The notes under the pieces were generated by a model. The model did no database searches. It was not told the origin of the DNA and worked only from the letters and a program-made list of their open reading frames with translations. From an uncultured Eggerthellaceae bacterium (lineage in GTDB: Bacteria > Actinomycetota > Coriobacteriia > Coriobacteriales > Eggerthellaceae), in contig CAKTUD010000002.1 of NCBI GenBank assembly GCA_934617425.1, forward strand, positions 10,011 to 74,010: 64,000 bases of DNA. The letters are read 5' to 3'. Below, piece after piece: positions 28,165 through 40,204 of the stretch. A program made the position numbers and the translations under genes. Numbering within the stretch: the first letter of the stretch is position 1; each line of letters opens with the position of its first letter.

Positions 28165-28758
28165 ATGATTGCTTTTTTGAGAGGGATCGTTTCCGCTAAA
28201 ACTTTGACCAGCGCATATCTCGACGTCAATGGCATCGGCTTCGAAGTTGGCATGTCCCAGACGGGGTTGTCGAAACTTCCCGCCGAGGGCGAGGTTGCGC
28301 AGGTCTTCACTTATATGCAGATGCGCGATGATGGTGCCTATCTTTATGGCTTCTTTTCCGTAGGGGAAAAAGCTCTATTCGAGAAGCTTATCGGCGTCTC
28401 GGGCGTTGGGCCGAAAATGGCTCTTGCCGCTTTGTCGACCTATTCTCCTGAAGCGCTGATGGAAGCTATTTCCGAGCAAGACGTGAGCGCCGTGCAGCGC
28501 ATTCCGGGCGTTGGAAAAAAGACTGCATCGCGCATCATTTTGGAGCTAAAGGGGTCTTTCGAGCAAGGTCTCGCCGGACTCTTCTCCACTGAGACCATTG
28601 AAGCCGCAAATAATTCGACGCTTGCGGTGGCGCGCGAAGCGCTGCTTTCCATGGGCTTCACTTCCGCCGAGGCCGATTTAGCATTGAAAGGCGCGCCCGC
28701 CGGGGCAAGCGATGGCGCGCTGCTACAATACGCGTTGAAACGACTGGGCACCGACTGA
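28165..28758 (+). CDS. ruvA: Holliday junction branch-migration complex subunit RuvA
   Basis: Contains MIAFLRGIV and the HhH motifs [14 protein letters not shown] and [19 protein letters not shown] lies upstream of the ATG at 28165. Confidence 0.93.
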   Translation: MIAFLRGIVSAKTLTSAYLDVNGIGFEVGMSQTGLSKLPAEGEVAQVFTYMQMRDDGAYLYGFFSVGEKALFEKLIGVSGVGPKMALAALSTYSPEALMEAISEQDVSAVQRIPGVGKKTASRIILELKGSFEQGLAGLFSTETIEAANNSTLAVAREALLSMGFTSAEADLALKGAPAGASDGALLQYALKRLGTD

Positions 28759-28775
28759 TTGCGAAGTGTTGGGTA

Positions 28776-29909
28776 ATGAATCAAAAGGTGGAAATAGAAG
28801 GCATGGTTTACGAATCGCCTGCGACGGGCGGGCTTGACTCTTCGCGCTCGGTAGGGTCCTTAGCGGGTTCGTCTTTTCGTGACTTATCGCAGGTCGGTGC
28901 CGATGCACGATCCCGCACGATGTCGGTTGGTTTGCAGGAAGACGACCTTGTGTTCGATCGAAGCCTTCGACCGAAGATGCTGGCCGATTATATCGGTCAA
29001 GGGAAGATCAAAGAGTCGCTCGCTATCATGATTCAGGCGGCGAAGGAACGCGGGGAGGCTGCTGACCACATCTTGTTTTCGGGCCCTCCGGGTTTGGGAA
29101 AGACCACGCTCTCAACTGTTGTCGCCAACGAACTGGGCGCCAACATCAAGACGACGAGCGGTCCGGCTATCGAGCGTACGGGCGATTTAGCCGCTATCCT
29201 TACCAATCTCGAAGAGGGGGACGTCCTCTTTATCGATGAGATACACCGGCTCAATCGCATGGTCGAGGAGGTGCTTTATCCGGCTCTTGAGGACTATGTC
29301 CTCGACATCGTCGTGGGGAAGGGGCCGGCGGCGCGTTCGATACGATTGGATTTGCCTCATTTCACCTTGATCGGCGCAACGACGCGTACAGGCTTGCTGA
29401 CGGGTCCCTTGCGCGATCGTTTTGGTGTCGCGTTCCGCTTGCAGTACTACACCCCCGGGGAGTTGGGGCTTATCGTTTCGCGCTCGGCAAGTATACTGGG
29501 CGTCCCCATTACCGAAGACGGGGCTTTGGAGATAGCCCGCCGCAGTCGCGGCACGCCGCGACTAGCAAACCGCCTGCTCAAGCGCGTCCGCGATTGGGCG
29601 CAGGTGCGTGGAGATGGCGGGATAACCGAAGATGTTGCTGCTCAGGCCCTGGCCTTTTACGATGTCGATCCTATAGGTCTCGACACCATGGATAATCGCA
29701 TTCTCGAGCTGCTTGCCGTTCAGTTCGGCGGGCGACCTGTTGGCGTGGGGACTATGGCTTCGGCTCTTTCCGAGGACGTGGATACTATAGAGGATGTGTA
29801 CGAGCCTTATCTCATGCAATGCGGTTTGATCATCAGAACGCCTAAAGGCCGCCAAGCGACGACGCGTGCGTTCGAGCATTTAGGGCTTGCTGCCCCGGAA
29901 AATATCTAA
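28776..29909 (+). CDS. ruvB: Holliday junction ATP-dependent DNA helicase RuvB
   Basis: Contains [12 protein letters not shown], the Walker A motif GPPGLGKTT, the Walker B motif LFIDEIHR and [11 protein letters not shown]. Confidence 0.95.
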   Translation: MNQKVEIEGMVYESPATGGLDSSRSVGSLAGSSFRDLSQVGADARSRTMSVGLQEDDLVFDRSLRPKMLADYIGQGKIKESLAIMIQAAKERGEAADHILFSGPPGLGKTTLSTVVANELGANIKTTSGPAIERTGDLAAILTNLEEGDVLFIDEIHRLNRMVEEVLYPALEDYVLDIVVGKGPAARSIRLDLPHFTLIGATTRTGLLTGPLRDRFGVAFRLQYYTPGELGLIVSRSASILGVPITEDGALEIARRSRGTPRLANRLLKRVRDWAQVRGDGGITEDVAAQALAFYDVDPIGLDTMDNRILELLAVQFGGRPVGVGTMASALSEDVDTIEDVYEPYLMQCGLIIRTPKGRQATTRAFEHLGLAAPENI

Positions 29910-29921
29910 CAGGAGATCGTC

Positions 29922-30374
29922 ATGTTTGAACGCGACTATCTCGTACGGCAGCTGTTGCTTTTCTTCCAGGCGATGACGCGCAGCTGGCACCAGAAAGAAG
30001 AATCTGATCCGCGTGCGGCTGCGGATACTTTGGAGGAGGCCATTTCGGCGGCAACCGATCTCGATGGGGCGACGTTGCTCTCGCTTTCTCCCGAAACAAT
30101 CTCGCAGGTTTTGCGCGTTTCCGGCGTGGATCCAAAAGTTGTTTCATACATAGCGCACGGCATGTTGCTCGAATCGGTGTACTTGACCGAGGCAGGCGAC
30201 GTTCCTCTGGCGGGCACGCGCCGTCAGCAGGCACTTGCGCTGTCCCAGTCATATGGCTTCTCGCTTCCGGAAGACCCGACGGATATCGATGCCGCGAATC
30301 CTGAAAAAGAAGAAAGACGCAAGGGTGAATGCCCTGAGTTATTGGATATAGACGATTTAGCTGCGCTTTTATGA
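29922..30374 (+). CDS. Hypothetical protein (150 aa), 12 nt downstream of ruvB
   Basis: The ORF is preceded by AGGAG. Its composition is helical and acidic, and I recognise no family with confidence. Confidence 0.55.
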   Translation: MFERDYLVRQLLLFFQAMTRSWHQKEESDPRAAADTLEEAISAATDLDGATLLSLSPETISQVLRVSGVDPKVVSYIAHGMLLESVYLTEAGDVPLAGTRRQQALALSQSYGFSLPEDPTDIDAANPEKEERRKGECPELLDIDDLAALL

Positions 30375-30580
30375 GGGCCTCTGTCGGATGTTTTCGACAT
30401 AGGAAATTGCAATCCACTCGGCATAAAAAAGCGTAATCGCGATAATCTTTCGGGTTAAAACAGACTCGCTTAGCGTATAGTGAATTGCGTTGCCTTTGAA
30501 GTGAAGGCAAAGTGTTGTCGCCATACAGCACGTAGTTTTACCCTTCTGGGGAAACCTGGGGGGAGAAAAGAGGATTTAAG

Positions 30581-30784
30581 ATGGCGCAAGGTACTGTAAA
30601 GTGGTTCAACCCGGAAAAAGGCTACGGCTTCATCTCTCAAGAGGGTGGCGAAGACCTGTTCGTGCACTACTCTGAGATCAAGATGGACGGCTTCAAGACC
30701 TTAGACGAAGGCCAGGCTGTGTCTTTCGACATCACCACTGGTCAGAATGGCAAGCTCCAGGCAAGCAACGTGACGAAGCTCTAA
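30581..30784 (+). CDS. cspA: Cold-shock protein (CspA family)
   Basis: [33 protein letters not shown] contains the RNP1 and RNP2 motifs. It is preceded by a ~200-nt untranslated region. Confidence 0.96.
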   Translation: MAQGTVKWFNPEKGYGFISQEGGEDLFVHYSEIKMDGFKTLDEGQAVSFDITTGQNGKLQASNVTKL

Positions 30785-30822
30785 GTCTGGGTTTACCGAG
30801 ATTTTCTTCTAATCAAATGCCG

Positions 30823-30855
30823 AACGGCTCCGCGCATGCGCGGAGCCGTTTTTTA
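30823..30855. terminator. Rho-independent terminator (between convergent cspA and queA)
   Basis: 13-bp stem AACGGCTCCGCGC/GCGCGGAGCCGTT followed by TTTTT. Confidence 0.85.
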
Positions 30856-30911
30856 TGGCAGCGGGTTAGAATGCGGCGCTATAAATCGCGGAACGCCCTG
30901 CTCCGTTCTTC

Positions 30912-31986
30912 TTAATGCAGGAACATCGCATCGCCGAACGAGAGCAAGCGATAGCGCTCGGTGATGGCGTGCTGGTAGGCGTTCATGACGTTTTCGCGGC
31001 TGGAGAATGCGCTTACCAGCATCATCAGAGTCGAGCGCGGCACGTGAAAATTTGTGATCAGGGCGTCGACTACGTTGAAATGGTATCCGGGTAGGATATA
31101 GAGCGAGGTTGCTTCGCGCTTACGCGGCAGGATTCGGCCGGCTTCTGCATCCCAGGCGCTTTCGAGACTGCGCACGCTTGTGGTTCCTACCGCAATGACG
31201 CGCCCGCCGTTTGCATGTGTCTCTTCGATTGCCTGCACAGTCTTTTCGGGCACGGTATAGAACTCCGTGTGCATCTTGTGCGTTAGGGGATCGTCTTCGT
31301 CGACGATGCGGAAGGTGTCCAAGCCTACTTCAAGTTCGACCGTTTCCCACTTCACGCCGTTGGCGCGAAGACGCGCGATAAGCTCGGGGGTGAAGTGAAG
31401 GCCAGCGGTCGGGGCTGCGGCCGAGCTTTCGTGCTTGGAGTATACCGTTTGATAAAGTTCTTCGTCGCCCGCATAATTCTTGATATAAGGCGGCAACGGG
31501 GTATGCCCGACGGCATGCAGTGCATCATCGAGCGAGTCGAATTCGGTGGTAAGTCGGGCCACGCGCTCTCCGCGCGAGGCGTTTTTTGCCCAATCGACGA
31601 TCTCGACCGAAACGGCGACGTTGCCGTTTCGGTCGAGAATATCCACGACAGCTCCCGTGCCGGGCTTCAGGCGTTTGCCGGGCTTTACCAAAACCTCCCA
31701 GACGGCGCTCTTGCTTGTCTTCGGCTCGCGGTCGAAGACCTCGCGCAGAAGGAAGATCTCGGCTTGCCCGCCCGTGCCGCGCTTCGCGCCGAGCAAACGT
31801 GCCGGCAATACACGCGTTTCGTTGGCGATAAGCAAGTCGCCCGGGTTCAGGTATTCTTCGATATCGCGGAAGATGCGGTCTTCGAGTGCGCCGGTTTCGC
31901 GGTTCATGACCAGCATTCGGCAAGCGTCACGCACGGCGGCCGGCTCCTGTGCGATAAGTTCCTGAGGCAGGTCGTAGTCGAAATCG

Positions 31987-32009
<23 letters not shown>
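30912..32009 (-). CDS. queA: S-adenosylmethionine:tRNA ribosyltransferase-isomerase
   Basis: The N-terminus MKTSDFDYDLPQELIAQEPA and the C-terminus LLSFGDAMFL are characteristic. The start is either 32009 or 31997. Confidence 0.93.
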
Positions 32010-34028
<2,019 letters not shown>

Positions 34029-34140
34029 TTTTCTAGCAGAAATTAGGCGGAAATTACTTAACTATGGCAAACTTTTTGAAGGTTTCGCTTCTCGCTTTCA
34101 GCGGTGCGTTTTGTGGCAAAATAGATTATTAAGAAAAATA

Positions 34141-34176
34141 GCAGCCTGCAAGCCAAAAGCGGGCTGCGTTTATTTG
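34141..34176 (+). terminator. Rho-independent terminator after tgt
   Basis: Stem GCAGCCTGC/GCGGGCTGC followed by GTTTATTTG. Confidence 0.65.
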
Positions 34177-34229
34177 TAGGCGTATTGCTTGGTCGAGCTT
34201 TGATCGGCCAAGCGGAGATTGGTGTTCAA

Positions 34230-36995
34230 ATGGCACAAGCTAAAACCAAGAAGAAAAAGGCGACGGGTTCGAACGATCGCCGCAACATATGGCTGCTTGT
34301 CATCACCACCGTTTTGCTGGTGGTGTCGGTGGCTTTGTTCATGCCTCCCGACAAGAAAATCAATCAGGGTCTTGATATCCAGGGCGGCTTGTCAGTCGTT
34401 CTTACGGCTTCCACCACCGACGGCAGCGACATTACCGATTCGGACATGGAAACGTCGCGTGCCATCATCGAGAACCGTGTGAATGCGCTGGGTGCTTCCG
34501 AAGCAGTGGTGCAAACTCAGGGGAAAGATCAGATTTTGGTGCAAATCCCCGGCTTGTCTGACACCGAGGAAGCTTTGGCAACCATCGGTAAGACCGGCAA
34601 ACTCGAGTTTGCGCGTCTCGACTCGTTTACCGACAGCGATGTGGTTACCAAGATAAACAATGGCGACTACGGCGACGAGGGAACCATCACCGATTCGTTT
34701 GGCAACAAGCTTCCCTCGGGCCAAAAGCAGACGCTTGCTGTCGAAGAGGGCACCTACACCCCGCTTATCACTGGTGAAAATATCAAGAATGTAACGGTCG
34801 ACCGTGCAAGCGAAACTGCGAGCACTTACGCCGTGAACCTAACGCTCGACTCCGACGGGACCAAAGCATTCGCCGATGCGACTAAGGATCTTGCTTCGAG
34901 CAAGGGGAAGATCGTCATCATTCTCGATGGCGAGGTACAGAGCGCTCCGGCCGTGCAATCGGAGATTCTCACGGGGAATGTGTCCATCACGGGTGGATAC
35001 ACCCAGGATCAGGCGAGCAATCTGAAAACCATCCTCGAGTCGGGTTCGTTGCCGGTGAGCTTCTCGTTCTCGCAGAGCCAGGTAGTTGGTCCTACGCTCG
35101 GCCAAGATGCGCTTGGCTCGGGCGTCGTCGTGGCGCTTTTGGGCTTGCTGCTGGTGATGATCTACCTGTTGGTTTTCTATCGCGGCTTGGGCACGATCAC
35201 TGCGGCGGCTATGGTCGTATTCGCCGTTTTCTATCTGGGGATTTTGGCCGGTCTTTCGCATTTCGGCTTGTTCAGCCTTTCGCTTTCGGGCGTCGCCGGC
35301 ATTGTTCTCACCATCGGCATGGCGGCCGACTCGTCCGTTCTCACGGTTGAGCGCTTCCGCGAAGAGATTCGTATGGGACGCAGCGTACGTGCGGCTTCCA
35401 TAACGGGCGTGCGCCACGCGATCCAGACTTCCATCGACGCCGACTTGGTCACGTTGGTGAGCGCGCTGTGCTTGTTCTTCTTAGCGTCGTCTTCGGTCAA
35501 GGGTTTCGGCCTCACGCTTGCGCTGGGCATTTTGTGCGACATCGTCATGATGCTTTTGTTCAAGGCTCCGCTTATCCGTTTGATTGCGCCGCGCTCTATC
35601 GCGAAGCATCCAGGATTTTGGGATATCAAAGACGGTCAGGTTGCAGCAGAGGTGTATGCCGACCTTGCAACGGTTGAGGGTGTTACCGCTGGTGAAGCGG
35701 AGATTGGCGAGGCCCTCGATCGCGAAGAGACGCGTCGGGTCGTCGAGGCTCGCGGCGGCGATACCGCTGCGGGGCTTCTCGAGCGTGTCCGCGGCGTGAA
35801 GGGCCGTTTCATCAAGCACGACATCAACTTCCTGGGCCATCGCAAGGTTTTGCTGGGGATATCGGCTGTATTAGTGGTTTTGTCGTTTGTCGTCGTGGGC
35901 GTGCGCGGGCTCGATTTCGGCATCGAGTTCGTGGGTGGCACTTCCATTGCCTTCCATGACACGGGGGATGTGACGATTGGGGAGATGCGTGCGGCCATGA
36001 ACGAGGCGGGCGAGCCCGATGCCGTTATCCAGACCACGTTCTCCGATGGCGAAGAGGGCTTTTTGGTTCGCACCACTACGACCGATGCTCAAAGCGCTAC
36101 GGCGACTGCAAACCAAGTTGCAAGCCAGCTGGGCTTCACCTCGGATGGTTTCGAGGTGACCACTATAGGTCCCGACTGGGGGTCGAGCGTCATCAATGCG
36201 TCGCTTATCGCGTTCTTGGTGTCGATTGCCCTGATCATCGTCTACATTGCTATCCGCTTTGAGTACAAGATGGGCTTTACCGCGGTCGTCGCCTTGCTGC
36301 ATGACCTGATCATCGTTATGGGCGTATATGCGCTGGTCGGGCGCGAAGTCAACCCCAACACCATCGCCGCATTGCTCACTATCTTGGGTTATTCGCTCTA
36401 CGACACGGTGGTCGTGTTTCACCGCATCAACGACAATATGAGCGATCTTGGATTGAAGTGCTCCTTTATGACAATGGCGAACCACTCGATCAATCAGGTT
36501 TTCATTCGTTCGCTTAACACCACGCTTACCTCGCTTATCCCGGTTGTCGCCATGCTTCTTTTCGGTGGCGAAACTTTGAAGGACTTTGCTTTCGCCATGG
36601 CAATCGGCCTGGTTGCGGGCGCGTATTCGTCCATCGCGGTCGCAAGCCCCCTGTTCGCCATGTGGAAGACGCGCGAGTCTCGTTATGCGAAACTGCAGAA
36701 ACGTTTCCCCGATGTTGGTTCTTTCGAGTTCGATCGCTCGAATGGGAAAGCTGCTGCTTCGGTGGCCAACTCCCGCGCTGCTCGCGTTAAGAGCAATGCC
36801 GCGCAAAATGCCGGCTTGCTGGGTGTCTCGAACGCCTCTAAGGCCGAAGCTCCCACGAAGGCTGCGCAGCCCCCGCTTGATGCTCAGCCGGAAGACCCCG
36901 CTGTTTCGCCGGCTTTGAGCGATAATCAAAAAGAAGTCCCCGTGCATAACGACCATGCACGCGGCGGCAAGCGCAAGAACAAGAAGAGAAAGTAG
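34230..36995 (+). CDS. secDF: Fused protein-export membrane protein SecD/SecF with a low-complexity basic C-terminal tail
   Basis: The SecD part contains LDIQGGLSVVL and VGPTLGQDAL. The SecF part contains GLDFGIEFVGGTS, YSLYDTVVVFHRI and INQVFIRSLNT. The tail ends ...GGKRKNKKRK. Confidence 0.92.
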   Translation: MAQAKTKKKKATGSNDRRNIWLLVITTVLLVVSVALFMPPDKKINQGLDIQGGLSVVLTASTTDGSDITDSDMETSRAIIENRVNALGASEAVVQTQGKDQILVQIPGLSDTEEALATIGKTGKLEFARLDSFTDSDVVTKINNGDYGDEGTITDSFGNKLPSGQKQTLAVEEGTYTPLITGENIKNVTVDRASETASTYAVNLTLDSDGTKAFADATKDLASSKGKIVIILDGEVQSAPAVQSEILTGNVSITGGYTQDQASNLKTILESGSLPVSFSFSQSQVVGPTLGQDALGSGVVVALLGLLLVMIYLLVFYRGLGTITAAAMVVFAVFYLGILAGLSHFGLFSLSLSGVAGIVLTIGMAADSSVLTVERFREEIRMGRSVRAASITGVRHAIQTSIDADLVTLVSALCLFFLASSSVKGFGLTLALGILCDIVMMLLFKAPLIRLIAPRSIAKHPGFWDIKDGQVAAEVYADLATVEGVTAGEAEIGEALDREETRRVVEARGGDTAAGLLERVRGVKGRFIKHDINFLGHRKVLLGISAVLVVLSFVVVGVRGLDFGIEFVGGTSIAFHDTGDVTIGEMRAAMNEAGEPDAVIQTTFSDGEEGFLVRTTTTDAQSATATANQVASQLGFTSDGFEVTTIGPDWGSSVINASLIAFLVSIALIIVYIAIRFEYKMGFTAVVALLHDLIIVMGVYALVGREVNPNTIAALLTILGYSLYDTVVVFHRINDNMSDLGLKCSFMTMANHSINQVFIRSLNTTLTSLIPVVAMLLFGGETLKDFAFAMAIGLVAGAYSSIAVASPLFAMWKTRESRYAKLQKRFPDVGSFEFDRSNGKAAASVANSRAARVKSNAAQNAGLLGVSNASKAEAPTKAAQPPLDAQPEDPAVSPALSDNQKEVPVHNDHARGGKRKNKKRK

Positions 36996-37001
36996 GCAGC
37001 C

Positions 37002-37322
37002 ATGCGTGAAGGAAGCGCCCCCAATTTCGCTCCGCCAACCGAGGAAGGCGTGATGCTTGCCCTCGAAGACGAGAACGGCGATGTCACCAACATGGAGTTT
37101 CTTGGGCTTGTGATCCACAACGATCGCAGCTACGGTTTCTTTTTTCCCGTGAGCGAAGACGAGCCTGCTCTTTCTTCGGGCGAGGTGGTTATCCTCGAGG
37201 TGACCGAGCTCGACGACGATGGGCAGCCGCAAGCCTTCGAGCTGGTTGACGATGAGGCAATAGCTGAAGAGGTTTATCAGGACTTCAAGATCGCCGCGAA
37301 AGATCTTTACGATTTCGCATAG
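37002..37322 (+). CDS. DUF1292-family small acidic protein
   Basis: DENGDVTNMEFLGLVIHNDRSYGFFFPV...VVILEV...DDGQ...LVDDEAIAEEVYQDF matches the DUF1292 pattern as I recall it. Confidence 0.7.
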   Translation: MREGSAPNFAPPTEEGVMLALEDENGDVTNMEFLGLVIHNDRSYGFFFPVSEDEPALSSGEVVILEVTELDDDGQPQAFELVDDEAIAEEVYQDFKIAAKDLYDFA

Positions 37323-37344
37323 ATTCGTATAAATTATTGCAGTT

Positions 37345-37371
37345 GCGGCCGGGATTCCCGGCCGCTTTTTG
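37345..37371 (+). terminator. Rho-independent terminator
   Basis: Stem GCGGCCGGG, loop ATT, stem CCCGGCCGC, followed by TTTTTG. Confidence 0.88.
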
Positions 37372-37405
37372 TTAGCGACGGTGCGCGCAGCTGCGGCGGT
37401 GCGCT

Positions 37406-37414
37406 TGGTACAAT
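37406..37414 (+). promoter_or_regulatory. Extended -10 element (TGGTACAAT) placed for a leaderless addB transcript
   Basis: The TGnTAcAAT element ends 6 nt before the addB ATG (37421). No SD lies between them. Confidence 0.4.
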
Positions 37415-37420
37415 GATGAC

Positions 37421-40201
37421 ATGGTTATCGAAGAACAACAACAATTAGCTGCGTCTTCCGCGTTAAGCGATTTCGACGTGGTGCTCTTGCCGACCTTCGA
37501 GGAGGTCGATGAATATCGCCGCCGTCATGCTGGGCGAAGCCTTTTCGCGGTTTCCGTGACCACGTTTGGTGATTGGGTTTCCGGCTTATGGGAGCTTTAT
37601 GGCGATGGGCGCACGCTGATCGGTGCTGCGGAACGAGAAGTTGCCATGAAGGCTGTTCTCGATGGCGCGGAATCGTTTGACGGGCTGCGCTCGCCGGGCT
37701 TTGTGAAGCTCGCTGCGAAAATGGCCCAAATGGGTGCCGGCTTGCCTGATCTCGAGGAAGCCCTTGCTGCCGCTCGTGCGGGGGCAAGGGGGTTTGCCAG
37801 TCTCTCGGAAAACGAAATGAAGCTGCTGCGACTCGTTGCCGTTTATTTTGATTCCATATCAGACCACGGCTTCGTCGAGCAAGGCGCTGCGTTGTCGCAT
37901 TTGGCGCGCGCGGCCGTTTTTCAGCGCCCTCTCAACGTGCTTTTGCAGGGCTTTGAGCCTCTTAGCTGGCAACAGCGTGCGTTTTTTGAAAAATGCGAAA
38001 ACCTACGTGTGACCGTTCGCGTCGCTTCGGGAAGCGAAGGGGTGAAGCCCCAGCATGTGAGGTGCTCGGTTGATTTCGCTTGCGCTTCGGGCCGGTATGC
38101 CGAGCCTGCTTTGATTGCGGATATCGTCCGTGATCGTTTTGATCAAGGTCCGATTGCCATCGCGTGCGTCGATCCAACTTCTCTTTATGATGAGATTGCC
38201 CCTGCTTTAGCGAAAGAGGGGATTTGCTGTGAGATGAAGGCGCGCAAGCCTTTTGCCCAGACCGTTTTCGGCAAGGCGTACATGGCGATGTCGCACTGCC
38301 TTTATGATGAACCTTGGGATTTCGCGCGTCTTGCCGATGTTTTGCTGTCTCCTTTTTCAGGGGCGGGAATGGTTGCAGCGCACGAGCTTTCAGCGCGACT
38401 TGCGCAGGACCGTCTGGCGGAAAAAGAAGAATATCTTTCGTTTACTCGTGCATCGTTCGAGGCTCTTTCGCAACTCGAAGAGCTTGCGAGCGACCCCGAG
38501 GCCGACATCTTGCTTGGTGCGTTCGGCGATATGGTTGCCGCGCATGTCGATTGGAGCGAATCGTTTCGTTGCGAGCAACAGGCGGCGATCGATCTGCTTC
38601 GCCGGGTGAGCGATGCTGCTCGTCGATTCGGTTTAGATGCGGCTGCTTGCGTTGGCATTCTCGATTCGAGTAGTGCCGCGATTTCTCGAAAGTCGCTCGC
38701 TGCGACTCCGGCGACGGTCTTCATCGGCACCCAAGCGTTCATTGCGCAATTTGCTGAAAAATCGATGAGCACGCTGATTCTCGCCAATATGAACAGCGCC
38801 GATTATCCCGTTGCCGACAAAGACGATGCTGCGTCGGTCCTTTTCGAAAAGCTTGGCTACGCGCCGGTGGATAGTGCGCTTGCCGCCGCGCGAAGGCGCT
38901 TTCGCGCGCTGCAGCAAGTGCCCACCACCCATTTGGTGATCGAGCGGGCAACGCACGATGTCAACGCCGAAGAAACATATCCATGCGTTGTTCTGGAAGA
39001 ATTCATCGATGCTTGCAAGGAATCTTCTGTTGCTATTCGCGCAAGCGCTGAACGCGGCGAAGAAGAATTGTTCGCCAATGCGATTGCGGCACCGAGCGGA
39101 GTTTTTCAGCGAGAGGGCGCTATCGTGCCCGATTCTGCAAGGCTTGCTCTTTCGCCGTCCAAACGCGACCTGATGCTTCTTGCACGATGCTCGAACGGTG
39201 CGCAATATATCGCGCCTTCGCCTTCGCAGATCGAGACGTATCTCGAATGCCCTCGCAAATGGTTCGTCGCAAATCGTCTGAACGCCCAGTCGAAGGGCGA
39301 GGAGTTCGGCGTATTGGAAAAGGGACTGTTCGCTCATTCCGTCCTCGAGCGATTCTATCGCGCCTTTCAGGAGGCGGGTTTCGTCAAGGTACTGCCCGAA
39401 AACCTCGATGCGGCCCATGAGCTCATGGGCGCCGTTCTCGATGAACTTGTTGAGGAACAACTTGGAAAAGAACCTGGTTCCGGCCGTTTGGTTGCGGTTG
39501 GTCAGATTGAAGAACGATCTCTGGAGGCTTTCAAGAAGCAAATCGATTCATTCCTCGATTACGAGGCGACGCTGCTTCCTACGTTTGCTCCGCGTTATAT
39601 GGAACTCAAAATCGGCCTGCCCGGAGAATCCGACATCTGCGTCGAATACGCGGGCGTCCAGCTGGTGGGCAAGGTGGACCGCATCGACGTCGATGCCAGG
39701 GGGAATGCGGTGATAATCGATTACAAAGGCAGCATCTCCTTTGGCTATGACATCGCGGGCAAAGATGCGCTATATGCCGGCAAGGTGCAGACGCGTATTT
39801 ACGCGCAGGCTGTCAAGCGAGCTTTAGGGCTCAATGTGGTTGGCGCGCTTTATGTTGGCTACGATAAGAAGCATGGCGTTTCAGGTGCTTACGATCCTTG
39901 CGTTTTGGACACGATCCATTTGCCGCATATCAATCCTGAAAAATGCGCCTGCGCGCCGAAAAGCGCTGGCGAATTTTCCCCGGAGAGCTTCGCCGCGCCA
40001 CCGGGTGTTTTAGGCCAGCTTCCTCAAACGCCCCTTCCGTCATTTGCCGAGCTTTCTTTCGCGGATATGCTCGACGCCACCGAGGTAGTAGTTGCTCGCG
40101 CAGTCGAGGGCATGCGTGTCGGCGAAATCGCCGCAGCACCCACGACGCAGGACGCTTGCCGCTATTGCCCCGATCTTAATTGCGCGAAACGAGGTGCATA
40201 G
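37421..40201 (+). CDS. addB: AddB/RexB-type helicase-nuclease subunit B (PD-(D/E)XK nuclease with Fe-S cluster cysteines; no N-terminal Walker A)
   Basis: The C-terminal nuclease module contains GKVDRIDV and IIDYK. The cysteines CPRKWF and CRYCPDLNC resemble the AddB Fe-S staple. It sits directly upstream of addA. Confidence 0.8.
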   Translation: MVIEEQQQLAASSALSDFDVVLLPTFEEVDEYRRRHAGRSLFAVSVTTFGDWVSGLWELYGDGRTLIGAAEREVAMKAVLDGAESFDGLRSPGFVKLAAKMAQMGAGLPDLEEALAAARAGARGFASLSENEMKLLRLVAVYFDSISDHGFVEQGAALSHLARAAVFQRPLNVLLQGFEPLSWQQRAFFEKCENLRVTVRVASGSEGVKPQHVRCSVDFACASGRYAEPALIADIVRDRFDQGPIAIACVDPTSLYDEIAPALAKEGICCEMKARKPFAQTVFGKAYMAMSHCLYDEPWDFARLADVLLSPFSGAGMVAAHELSARLAQDRLAEKEEYLSFTRASFEALSQLEELASDPEADILLGAFGDMVAAHVDWSESFRCEQQAAIDLLRRVSDAARRFGLDAAACVGILDSSSAAISRKSLAATPATVFIGTQAFIAQFAEKSMSTLILANMNSADYPVADKDDAASVLFEKLGYAPVDSALAAARRRFRALQQVPTTHLVIERATHDVNAEETYPCVVLEEFIDACKESSVAIRASAERGEEELFANAIAAPSGVFQREGAIVPDSARLALSPSKRDLMLLARCSNGAQYIAPSPSQIETYLECPRKWFVANRLNAQSKGEEFGVLEKGLFAHSVLERFYRAFQEAGFVKVLPENLDAAHELMGAVLDELVEEQLGKEPGSGRLVAVGQIEERSLEAFKKQIDSFLDYEATLLPTFAPRYMELKIGLPGESDICVEYAGVQLVGKVDRIDVDARGNAVIIDYKGSISFGYDIAGKDALYAGKVQTRIYAQAVKRALGLNVVGALYVGYDKKHGVSGAYDPCVLDTIHLPHINPEKCACAPKSAGEFSPESFAAPPGVLGQLPQTPLPSFAELSFADMLDATEVVVARAVEGMRVGEIAAAPTTQDACRYCPDLNCAKRGA

Positions 40202-40204
40202 TCG

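Noticed and set aside
34029-34229. yajC between tgt and secDF
   Set aside because: There is no ORF with a TM helix and charged tail in either strand of the 200-bp spacer. Only a terminator and AT-rich sequence are present.
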